From Candidatus Omnitrophota bacterium (GTDB lineage: Bacteria > Omnitrophota > Gorgyraeia > Zapsychrales > Fredricksoniimonadaceae), in contig CAJARJ010000021.1 in NCBI GenBank assembly GCA_903944345.1, positions 5,528-69,527 of the forward strand: a DNA stretch of 64,000 nt, written 5' to 3'. Each line of letters opens with the position of its first letter. Positions within the stretch are counted from its first letter, which is position 1. Under the pieces are notes generated by a model. The model did no database searches and was not told the origin of the DNA. It saw only the letters and a program-made list of their open reading frames with translations. Positions 56,701 through 64,000 of this stretch are shown here, in pieces. Made by a program: the position numbers and the translations under genes.

Positions 56701-57818
56701 GGGCGCTTGTGCGCCATTTCAAGCCGGAGATTTCTTATAACAAGGACACTCTGGCCGGAAACTTTTTGTCAGCGCCCGCTATTGAGGGTCTGCGTTTTGT
56801 GGCGGATCCGCTTAATTCTTCGCAGATTCGGGTGAGCGGCCGAGCCGATGTTCTTTCGGGATCTCCCAGCCGGACATTCTCCCTGATGGCCAGAGACCCT
56901 TTGGCCGATGCCTGGGATCGTAAGGTTTTATTCTTTGCGCATCGGGAGGTTCTTGTTGATGTAGCCGATTTCAGGGATTATATACGACACAGGTCTGAAG
57001 AAGCGCTGAGCCGGTATCCTCCTTTGCGCAGAGGGAAGTCGCCGTCTTTTGTTTCAGAAGAATCTGTTGCGGAAATGTTGCAAGAGTTTTTTCTTCCCCG
57101 AACGTATCAAACGGCGGCACTAAGATCCCTTAAAGGAGGGGATTTTGTTGCAGAAGATGAGCCGGGTGAAACTAAAGACGACGGATACGATATATTAGAC
57201 GGGGATTTGTTGTGGCGACTTTCCCAGCAGACGCTGGGCTCATATTTTGTCGGGGAAGAATTGCGGCCCGGGATTGTTCGCCCCCCGGATCCGCACAGGA
57301 CCAGGGAGTCAAGGTTATTGCTTAATCTTTTACGTGAAGTTTTTCCCTCGGGTCGCCTGATTCATCGGGCAGGCCGTCGCAGGGAACAGGGGTTTATGAA
57401 TCATAATCTGGCAACCGTTGAGACAGTCCATTATTATTCGTGGATCATTCTTGGCGAAGAGGTGGTGGGCGAGTTAGCCAGAGAGTTGTCCGGATTGGCT
57501 TTGCGGTATGACCTTTCCCGAGCGGTTAGCGTAGAGGAGCAGGCCCGTGTACTGGATCTTGAAGGACTGTTGTTCCTTTTGTATCTCGACAAGAACAAAC
57601 AGCTCGAAGATCTGCAGGCTCTGGATCCGGTATCTCCGGTAGGAGGGATTGATCTGAGTCTTTCCTGGGGGACGGGGAGAGACTCTTTGTCTGCAGTTGA
57701 GTCTGCGCAAGATGCCCTCGTTCCTGATTTGGACAACGGGTTACTGATTAAAATGATGAAGGTGTGTTTTCTGCCGGATGTGGCCGCTTTTATTCCCGAT
57801 TTTTCTTTGAAGAAATAA
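53739..57818 (+). CDS. Large exported protein 2: conserved N-domain + PPDK-like cargo + GGIDL tail
   Basis: Same N-domain. GNKGRNL, VPP, AVR, MPG, VVQ, SGSGV..SRN and EVEFVVERGKLWVLQ match the PEP/pyruvate-binding domain. C-terminal VGGIDL. Confidence 0.8.
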   Translation: MGRRLAASLLVLVLLFENGLTQAQGLYWLPAPNRMILPGAPFAPSLFQGLRLEASDPLNFQFLLEDGESSADHSEIERMLRYFMAALALPQKDVWVNLSPGESRRVAPQALALTEIGRELLGQDYVLKQLAASLLFPESEGGRAFWENVYRQAWIRFGTVDIPLETQSRVWIVPGEISLYQQKGVVLVASARLQVLAEDDYLRFKDGKPEGSGQSDIRRLVSDVFRQMILPELEREVNSGPAFSRLRQVYYALILADWYKKNFQMISGLSSYVDQGRLAGLATESPHLREQVWGQYMQAYQIGVFNFVREESSPDGGQIPRKYFSGGISLDVAANAEVTDSRELPRYARPLRLVNVQAVDRAQVPEEYLSADPRSAGNKGRNLQALDSLLPDIVPPFLVISGHLYSAATGDPQMVALVCAKVLERLERVLRSGATLAVRPAGYINMPGILPTIKQVRTHQELVQAVWDIYKAWEMPEVRAYLSTETARLEAALAIDKKFPVDIGPAIVVQQEVFSDRGAYSGSGVFVSRNIKSGDFHVSGSLGINVVPEDIRNGSVRSLLNLGPSVDEQFPSFSQDGGAGFYATLESAARKLEKAYHFPVEVEFVVERGKLWVLQVNHQDIPATVGSQILTRMVSEGILSRAGTVRERVRMIRQRVGKIRSGVNLEPLLENVRGLSVGAVDGVLSFSVPEAKQMRALGQKVILLSLEPDLPGVTQALIDAQIDGFVTMYGDYHMHNARLARNRLIPGLSLVGTSARIVAGVSAPRLQIGSRTYSAGDRLVVNAEDFNRDGEVFHSGGLFVNDQEESVIDYHEEAVNYLDFDEQQVRQQVRQRFVGQDYQVLTALHALLKAYLFLKVDPQDFTVDQLEIATNELHQILDEAYREGEQVAESADYNGAREAVFVPIVEGFGDSFPFPEMRTLGDLEKGWELMAYFVERYRAMPPARIDYFNYSSERPNLVAESLSIPLSFSVLFNDPEHINWTYENAQLWALVRHFKPEISYNKDTLAGNFLSAPAIEGLRFVADPLNSSQIRVSGRADVLSGSPSRTFSLMARDPLADAWDRKVLFFAHREVLVDVADFRDYIRHRSEEALSRYPPLRRGKSPSFVSEESVAEMLQEFFLPRTYQTAALRSLKGGDFVAEDEPGETKDDGYDILDGDLLWRLSQQTLGSYFVGEELRPGIVRPPDPHRTRESRLLLNLLREVFPSGRLIHRAGRRREQGFMNHNLATVETVHYYSWIILGEEVVGELARELSGLALRYDLSRAVSVEEQARVLDLEGLLFLLYLDKNKQLEDLQALDPVSPVGGIDLSLSWGTGRDSLSAVESAQDALVPDLDNGLLIKMMKVCFLPDVAAFIPDFSLKK

Positions 57819-57968
57819 GATCCCCACTTTGTGTAGACCCTTCTTTCGGGCGGGTTTCTATGCGAAAATGCTGTGGATTTACCGGGAATTATTTGAACAG
57901 ATATGCTATTTTATCCCTGCGCACGCTTTGTTCCGGATTTTTTGTTAGCGATACGGGGTAAATGGTTT

Positions 57969-58505
57969 ATGCTTCTGAATCGATGGGGTATTCTTTTGGT
58001 TGTGTTGGCGTTGTCGGGGGCTGCCTCCGGTTGTGATCGTATTTACGGCTTATTGCATAAACCGGGCGGAGAAGAACGCAGCGTCCTGGGGGAAGTTGTT
58101 TTTAATGAGTATAATCCCAAAGTCGAAGAGTTGCAGCAGATTCTGAAAACTCTGGGTTACAATATTGGTCGAGCTGACGGCAAGTTTGGCGCGGCGACGC
58201 GTGAGGCTGTGGCAAAATTTCAGGCCGAGGAAAAACTTGAGGTGACCCGGTTTGTTGACAAACTCACCTGGGAGCGGTTGCGCAGTTATGCGGACGGGCC
58301 ATTTATCAGTCAGGGACAGGTTAAGGCCCTTAATGTTCAGCGGGCACTTCTCGCCGCGGGCTATGATCCTGGCAGGATAGACGGGCAGATGGGGACGCGC
58401 ACGCGCGAGGCAGTCAAGTCCTTTCAGCGTGACCGCGGATTGTCTCCCGACGGACAGGTCGGACTAAGGACGATCAAGCTTCTTGCAGAGTACCATCGCG
58501 AATGA
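57969..58505 (+). CDS. Lipoprotein with two peptidoglycan-binding (PG_binding_1) domains
   Basis: Lipobox ASGC and two LQ..L..LGY..G..DG.(F/M)G..TREAV..FQ repeats. Confidence 0.88.
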   Translation: MLLNRWGILLVVLALSGAASGCDRIYGLLHKPGGEERSVLGEVVFNEYNPKVEELQQILKTLGYNIGRADGKFGAATREAVAKFQAEEKLEVTRFVDKLTWERLRSYADGPFISQGQVKALNVQRALLAAGYDPGRIDGQMGTRTREAVKSFQRDRGLSPDGQVGLRTIKLLAEYHRE

Positions 58506-58549
58506 CAGTTCCGGAGGGGCCTCTGCAGACTGCCGGGGGCGCTTAATTC

Positions 58550-59908
58550 ATGGCAAGATGTATCCGCATAAGAAAAGGCCGCAATCTTCCGTTGACAGGG
58601 GAGGCGGGCAGACAATGGCGTGATTGCCGGATTCCTTCTGTTGTCAGAGTTCCTTTCTACGAATTTACCGCGCAGGATTTCCGTTTTCTTGTTCAGCCGC
58701 ACGACCGGGTTCTTCTGGGGTCACCTCTTCTGCAGAAAAGAAATAATCCAGCGCTGGTTATTGTTTCTCCGGTTAGTGGTCGGGTGACAGGTATTGTGCG
58801 CGGTGAGCGCAGGATTCCGGAATATCTTGAGATTAAGACCGATATTCGGCAGGAAACGGTGACGCCTCGTCCGTTTTCTCCGGAACGGTTGCCGCACCTG
58901 GACAGAGACGAGATTATCGCCCGGATGCTTGAGGGGGGCGTGTGGCCTTTTGTTTGTCAGCGTCCATTTGGCCGCATGGCGGATCCTTCGGTTTTGCCGC
59001 AGGCTGTTTTTGTTCGTGCCATGGACACCTCTCCTCTGGCGCCGGATATCAACATGATTCTTCAGGGACAAGAAGACGATTTTCTGCTAGGACTTTCCCT
59101 TGTGCGCCGGCTGACAACCGGATCGACATATTTATGTCATGGTCCCGAGGCAGCTTCCCGGGCCATTGGGGATTTCCCCGGCATCGAGCGGGCTGTTTTC
59201 AGGGGCCCCCATCCAGCGGGAAATACGGGAACACATGTGCATCATCTTTTTTCTTTATCCAGAGGAAAGGTGGTCTGGACTTTTGATGTCCAGGACGTTA
59301 TAGCGGTTGCGCGGCTTTTTCGGGAAGGAGTTTTTTGTCCCTGGCGGGTGGTGGCACTTACTGGTGAAGGACTTCCCCCTGACCGCAGGGGGTACGTGCG
59401 GGTTATGGCAGGAACTCCGCTGGAATCTTTAACCGGAGCGATTAATCCTCAGGCCAAGGTTGTTGCCGGCAATGCACTTTGGGGCGTGTTGCGCGAGAAA
59501 AGCTCCGGATTGGGTTTTATGACGAACCAGCTGACGATCTTGCCCGGAGGAAGTGGTCGGAAATTTCTGGGTTGGCTTGCCCCGGGAGAAAATCTCTTTA
59601 GTTTCCGGCGGTTATTCTTGTCGTCTTTCTTGCCGGGAACGTTCTTTAAAATGGAAATTTGTTTAAACGGCAGCCCGCGGGCCATTGTTCTCAATGATGT
59701 TTACGATGATCTGGTGGCGCTGGATGTGCTGACTTTTTTTCTGATCAAGGCGATCCTGGCCGGAGAGATTGAGGAAATGGAGCGCCTGGGAATCCTTGAA
59801 TGCTCACCGGAAGACTTTGCCCTGGCTGCGTTCGCCTGTCCTTCAAAGACAGATATTCCTGCTCTGATTGCTCGCGGACTGGAGTTGATGGAGAAAGAGG
59901 GGATATGA
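58550..59908 (+). CDS. nqrA: Na+-translocating NADH:quinone reductase subunit A
   Basis: IRKGRNLPL.G, SPVSG.V, RGERR, GPHPAGN, FACPSK. Operon order fits. Confidence 0.92.
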   Translation: MARCIRIRKGRNLPLTGEAGRQWRDCRIPSVVRVPFYEFTAQDFRFLVQPHDRVLLGSPLLQKRNNPALVIVSPVSGRVTGIVRGERRIPEYLEIKTDIRQETVTPRPFSPERLPHLDRDEIIARMLEGGVWPFVCQRPFGRMADPSVLPQAVFVRAMDTSPLAPDINMILQGQEDDFLLGLSLVRRLTTGSTYLCHGPEAASRAIGDFPGIERAVFRGPHPAGNTGTHVHHLFSLSRGKVVWTFDVQDVIAVARLFREGVFCPWRVVALTGEGLPPDRRGYVRVMAGTPLESLTGAINPQAKVVAGNALWGVLREKSSGLGFMTNQLTILPGGSGRKFLGWLAPGENLFSFRRLFLSSFLPGTFFKMEICLNGSPRAIVLNDVYDDLVALDVLTFFLIKAILAGEIEEMERLGILECSPEDFALAAFACPSKTDIPALIARGLELMEKEGI

Positions 59909-61086
59909 GGTTTTTAAGAAAGATCTTTGATTGTGCCGGGGAGGTGTTTCGTCCGGGCCGTCCTCTGGAACGGCTGTTTCCCCTGTTTGAAGCGGTCGAC
60001 ACGTTTCTTTTTACGCCCGGGGAAACGCCTCGATGCGCTCCCTTTGTTCGTGATGCCGCAGATCTCAAACGGGTCATGGTTACCGTTATTGCCGCACTCT
60101 TGCCGTCGGCATTGTTTGGTATTTACAATACCGGTTACCAGGCTATTCTTGCGTCGGGCAAGGAGCCGGCATTGATGGAGGCCATGATGCTGGGCGCACA
60201 CATTGTCCTTCCGATTATTTTGGTCAGTTATTTGGCTGGCGGATTCTGGGAAGTTCTTTTTGCCTGTGTTCGCAAACGGACGATTAGTGAAGGGTTTCTG
60301 GTGACGGGACTGCTTTTTGCTCTCACCCTTCCGGCGACGATCCCTTTGTGGCAGGTGGCTGTTGGCGTTTCTTTTGGCGTGGTGATCGGTAAGGAAGTGT
60401 TTGGCGGAACAGGCATGAATCTGGTTAATCCGGCCCTGGCGGGTCGGGCGTTTTTGTTTTTTGCCTATCCCGCTTCCATCTCGGGGGATACGGTCTGGGT
60501 TGCGGTTGACGGGGTAACCCGGGCCACGCCTTTGTCGGTGGTGGCCTCGGCTCCTGCCGGAACAAATCCTGTCGAACTTTTGGTGTCCCGCGGGTATGAC
60601 TGGAGCGCCTTGTTCTTTGGCTTTTGTCCGGGGTCAATAGGCGAAACCTCCCGCCTGGCTTGTTGCGTTGGACTGGGAGTTCTTTTAATCGCCGGGGTAG
60701 CCAGCTGGCGGATTGTGGTCGGGTGTGTACTGGGGCTTTTGGCTGTCAGCGGATTGCTTTTGTTTTTTGCCGGGCCGCAGGCATCAGCTTTTATGCGCCT
60801 TCCTCCTTATTGGCACATGGTTCTTGGCAGTTTTGCCTTTGGCGCGGTTTTTATGGCAACTGATCCGGTTTCCTCGGCGGCGACATCTTTCGGACGTTGG
60901 GTTTATGGTTTTTGTATTGGAGCGCTTGTTGTGGTCATTCGGGTGTTTAATCCGGCTTATCCGGAAGGAACCATGCTGGCTATTCTGCTTATGAATATTT
61001 TTGCGCCTTTGCTGGATTTTGTTGCGGTTGAGTGGCACGTGACGCGCCGGAATCACCGTTTGCAAGGCGCAAAGGGGGGGCGATGA
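59905..61086 (+). CDS. nqrB: Na+-NQR subunit B
   Basis: VRDAADLKRVM, KEVFGGTG.N..NPAL, DGVTRATPL (FMN Thr), FMATDPVS, PEG.MLAIL. Confidence 0.95.
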   Translation: MRFLRKIFDCAGEVFRPGRPLERLFPLFEAVDTFLFTPGETPRCAPFVRDAADLKRVMVTVIAALLPSALFGIYNTGYQAILASGKEPALMEAMMLGAHIVLPIILVSYLAGGFWEVLFACVRKRTISEGFLVTGLLFALTLPATIPLWQVAVGVSFGVVIGKEVFGGTGMNLVNPALAGRAFLFFAYPASISGDTVWVAVDGVTRATPLSVVASAPAGTNPVELLVSRGYDWSALFFGFCPGSIGETSRLACCVGLGVLLIAGVASWRIVVGCVLGLLAVSGLLLFFAGPQASAFMRLPPYWHMVLGSFAFGAVFMATDPVSSAATSFGRWVYGFCIGALVVVIRVFNPAYPEGTMLAILLMNIFAPLLDFVAVEWHVTRRNHRLQGAKGGR

Positions 61087-61814
61087 GACCGGATCGGGAG
61101 AGCGCGGGCTATACATTTGTATTTGCTTTCGTGGTGTGCGTGGCCTGCGGGCTGGTTCTTTCTTTTGTGGCGCAGAGCCTGCGCGCGCGCCAGGAGTTTA
61201 ACGCGGCGCTGGAAGTGCGAAAAAGTATTTTGCAGGCGGCGCGAGTTGTACCCGGGGCGCTGCAGAAGGTTCCTTTACAGGAGATCAACAGCCTGTTCGA
61301 GCGGAACATCCGTTCGGTCCGGGTTGACAGCCAGGGAGGTGTCCAGGCTTTTTCCGGGGCGAAAGATCAAAACCCCTCACAGGAGGGGAATCCTTTGTAT
61401 ATTTACCATGAACAGGATCGACCCGTGGCCTATATTTTTCCGGTGGAAGGCAGCGGATTGTGGGGACAGATACACGGTTTTCTTGCGCTGGAGGCAGACG
61501 GGATAACGGTGCGCGGACTGGCGTTTAGTTCCCATTCGGAAACTCCAGGGCTTGGCGGAGAAATAGACAAAGAATCGTTTCTTAAAGGGTTTTATGGAAA
61601 AAAGATCTGGGATGAAAAGAGCCGGCAGCTGGTGAGTGTCACGATTGCCAAAGGCCGGGCCGCCGACCGGGTGGGTTCTGAACGCTTGCCGTATTATGTT
61701 GATGGCATAAGCGGAGCCACCTTGACGGGAGACGGCATCAATGTTTTTCTGAAGGACACTCTGCTCCGGTATAAGCCGTTTCTTGCCCGGATCCGGGTGG
61801 GAGAAAGGCCATGA
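61083..61814 (+). CDS. nqrC: Na+-NQR subunit C
   Basis: GLWG, ETPGLGGEI, VDGISGATLT. Confidence 0.95.
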   Translation: MRPDRESAGYTFVFAFVVCVACGLVLSFVAQSLRARQEFNAALEVRKSILQAARVVPGALQKVPLQEINSLFERNIRSVRVDSQGGVQAFSGAKDQNPSQEGNPLYIYHEQDRPVAYIFPVEGSGLWGQIHGFLALEADGITVRGLAFSSHSETPGLGGEIDKESFLKGFYGKKIWDEKSRQLVSVTIAKGRAADRVGSERLPYYVDGISGATLTGDGINVFLKDTLLRYKPFLARIRVGERP

Positions 61815-62437
61815 TCCGGTTAACCCGCAAAGAGATGACCGTTTTGAAGGAAGGCCTCTGGTCGGGCAATCCGGTGACTTTCCAGGTTTTGGGGGTTTGC
61901 TCTGCCCTGGCGGTCACAGTCAAAGTGGAAACCGCTCTTCTTATGGGGATCGGGCTGACGTTTGTTGCCGCCAGTTCTTCTTTGCTTGTTTCGTTGCTGC
62001 GGGCGTTTATTCCGTCGAGGATCAGAATCATTGTTCAGCTTCTGGTCGTTTCCGTTCTGGTGATTACGGTCGATCAGTTGCTGCGGGCATTTTTTTATGC
62101 GGTTTCAAAACAGATGAGTGTGTTTGTTGGTCTTATTATTACAAACTGTATTGTGATGGGGCGGGTGGAAGGGTATGCCATGATCAATCCGCCGAGGCGG
62201 GCATTTCTGGACGGACTGGCCAACGGGCTGGGTTATGCGGCGGTGCTGGTATTGATCGCGGTGGTGCGCGAGCTCGCAGGCAGCGGAACAATTTTGGGTG
62301 GAGCCGTTTTGCCCCGGGAGTTGTATGAGCACGGGTATGTCAATAACGGCCTCATGGTTCTGGCGCCGGGAGCATTCTTTTTGCTGGGTCTTGTGGTCTG
62401 GCTGCAGCGGGCCTTGAGCGGTTACCGGGAAAAATAA
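61811..62437 (+). CDS. nqrD: Na+-NQR subunit D
   Basis: QVLGVCSALAVT, FVGLIITNCIVMGR, APGAFF. Confidence 0.95.
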   Translation: MIRLTRKEMTVLKEGLWSGNPVTFQVLGVCSALAVTVKVETALLMGIGLTFVAASSSLLVSLLRAFIPSRIRIIVQLLVVSVLVITVDQLLRAFFYAVSKQMSVFVGLIITNCIVMGRVEGYAMINPPRRAFLDGLANGLGYAAVLVLIAVVRELAGSGTILGGAVLPRELYEHGYVNNGLMVLAPGAFFLLGLVVWLQRALSGYREK

Positions 62438-62451
62438 AAAAGGGAAGAACC

Positions 62452-63060
62452 GTGGCGGATTATTGGGGGCTTTTTTTCAGTACAGTTTTTGTTAACAATA
62501 TCCTTTTCTCCGGGTTTCTGGGCATGTGCTCGTTTTTGGCCTGTTCCCGGCGAATGTCCACCGCGCTTGGTTTGGGGGCGGCGGTTGTTTTTGTTCTGAC
62601 GGTAACAGTTCCTCTTAATTGGTTGCTCAAGGAGTTCCTGCTGCGCAAGGGGGCGCTGGCCTGGGCCGGCCTTCCGGAAACAGATTTGAGTTTTTTGGTG
62701 CTCATTGTTTTTGTTTCCAGTATTGCGGCGTTGACGCAGATAGTTGAAATTGTGATTGAACGTTATAGTCCGGCGCTGCATGAATCTTTGGGTGTTTTTC
62801 TTCCTCTTATTGCGGTGAATTGTGCCATTCTTGGCACGTCCCTTTTTATGGATCAGCGCGGATACACGTTTGTGCAGGCGGCTGTTTACGGTGCGGCGTC
62901 CGGAACCGGATGGGGTTTGGCTATTGTTCTGATGGCGGCGATCAGAAAAAAGTTGTGGTATTCGGATGTTCCCGGACCGCTTAAAGGCTTGGGAATTTCC
63001 CTTCTGATCACGGGATTAATGGCTATGGCTTTTATGGCTTTTTCCGGAATTAGACTGTAG
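62452..63060 (+). CDS. nqrE: Na+-NQR subunit E
   Basis: FLGMCSFLACS, FLPLIAVNCAILG, GLMAMAFM. Confidence 0.95.
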   Translation: MADYWGLFFSTVFVNNILFSGFLGMCSFLACSRRMSTALGLGAAVVFVLTVTVPLNWLLKEFLLRKGALAWAGLPETDLSFLVLIVFVSSIAALTQIVEIVIERYSPALHESLGVFLPLIAVNCAILGTSLFMDQRGYTFVQAAVYGAASGTGWGLAIVLMAAIRKKLWYSDVPGPLKGLGISLLITGLMAMAFMAFSGIRL

Positions 63061-63094
63061 ATTTCAGGCGTAAAAAGGTTGGAGGAAGACGGCA

Positions 63095-64000
63095 GTGTTT
63101 GTTGTTGTTTTGAGTGTGCTGGTATTTTCCGGGATTATCATGTTCCTGGTGGCGGCTCTTTTTGTGATCACTCGCAAGCTGACCTCTGCCCGGACTTGCC
63201 GTATTGGTGTGAACGGTTTTGCGCGATCCATCGAGGTTTCCGCTGGAGGCAAGCTTCTGCCGGTTCTGGCGCAGCACGGAATTTTTTTGTCTTCGGCTTG
63301 TGGCGGCGGGGGGGTGTGCGGTCATTGCAAATGTCAGGTGCTCCAAGGCGGCAGCGGGGCGTTGGCCACTGAAAAGGGGCTTTTGTCGCGGGAAGAGTTG
63401 CGTCAGCATTATCGGCTGGCTTGTCAGGTCAGGGTTCGCGAAGATATGAATATTCGCGTTTCCGAGCGGGCGTTTCATTCCGGGCCGTTTGTGTGCGAGG
63501 TTGTTTCCAATAACAATGTCGCGACATTTATAAAGGAACTGGTATTGGTGCCGTTGGCGTCAGCATCGCCGGCGTTTCGGGCGGGAGAGTATTTGCAGAT
63601 TTCCGTGCCCGAGTATGATCTTAATTTCCGTGACTTTGTGATTGAGCAAGATTATTATTCGCAGTGGCAGCAACAGGGTTGGCTGGAAGTTCGTGCCGTT
63701 AATGATGAGCCTGTGATCAGGGCGTATTCCATCGCCAGTTATCCCGGGGAGAGAGGGGGACTTCGCCTGAATGTGCGCATGGCCCTTCCGCCGGCTGGAA
63801 CAAAGAAGGGTATCCCGGGGAGGGCTTCTTCTTTTTTGTTTTCGCTGAAGCCCGGCGACCGGGTTATGGTCAGCGGCCCGTACGGGGAGTTTCTTATCCG
63901 GGACAGCGACCGCGAAATGGTGTATATCGGAGGCGGCGCGGGAATGGCACCGTTGCGCAGTCATTTGGGCGATTTGTTTTATAACCGGAAAACGCAGCGG
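63095..64000 (+). CDS. nqrF: Na+-NQR subunit F (truncated by window)
   Basis: Hand translation from GTG 63095 (GGAGG RBS): TM helix, SACGGGGVCGHCKC, RLACQV, NVATFIKEL, RAYSIAS, GPYGEF, GGGAGMAPLRSH. Not in the ORF track. Confidence 0.93.
   Translation, partial: MFVVVLSVLVFSGIIMFLVAALFVITRKLTSARTCRIGVNGFARSIEVSAGGKLLPVLAQHGIFLSSACGGGGVCGHCKCQVLQGGSGALATEKGLLSREELRQHYRLACQVRVREDMNIRVSERAFHSGPFVCEVVSNNNVATFIKELVLVPLASASPAFRAGEYLQISVPEYDLNFRDFVIEQDYYSQWQQQGWLEVRAVNDEPVIRAYSIASYPGERGGLRLNVRMALPPAGTKKGIPGRASSFLFSLKPGDRVMVSGPYGEFLIRDSDREMVYIGGGAGMAPLRSHLGDLFYNRKTQR

Noticed and set aside
63079-63449. ORFs 63079..63372 and 63219..63449 as frameshifted nqrF
   Set aside because: The true nqrF frame from 63095 is open to the window end, so there is no frameshift.
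58550-64000. nqr operon as a novelty, or as rnf
   Set aside because: Standard nqrA-F order and motifs, so it is ordinary.

Overview
Bacterial chromosome segment with a strongly G/T-skewed + strand. The large-protein and secreted-protein motifs suggest Ca. Omnitrophota/PVC, which is an inference from recalled motifs, not a search. It has four blocks. (1) 1-28.6 kb, open at the left edge: a very large RiPP-like cluster built around a His-Xaa-Ser core (hxsD-hxsC-hxsB plus two His-Xaa-Ser/Asn repeat precursors). It contains ten radical SAM genes (one missed by the ORF track at <1..1054), three asparagine-synthetase-like PP-loop enzymes, two BtaA/DUF3419-like SAM-dependent enzymes, a PaaK-like ligase, a PanE-like reductase, a GNAT, a DegT aminotransferase, a GT-B and two GT-C-like glycosyltransferases, a CE4 deacetylase and two secreted beta-helix repeat proteins. 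(2) 28.7-32.6 kb: CNNM/TlyC, a degenerate alternative-oxidase-like gene and ilvD. (3) 32.9-48.8 kb: a joint glycogen and polyphosphate cluster (glgP, glgB, MuiA-like, GH57, ppx, ppk1, CHAD, phosphoesterase-HD, ROK). (4) 49.4-64 kb: two ~1400-aa paralogous proteins with a shared N-terminal domain, a shared C-terminal GG[IV]DL motif and different enzyme-like middles, then a PG-binding lipoprotein and nqrABCDEF (nqrF cut by the edge). The best candidate for an undescribed system is the His-Xaa-Ser/Asn supercluster. Its precursors carry a Flp-prepilin-like leader and identical 7-7-7-6-3 His spacing, suggesting a heavily modified surface protein rather than a small peptide. No rRNA, tRNA, CRISPR or transposase was recognised.
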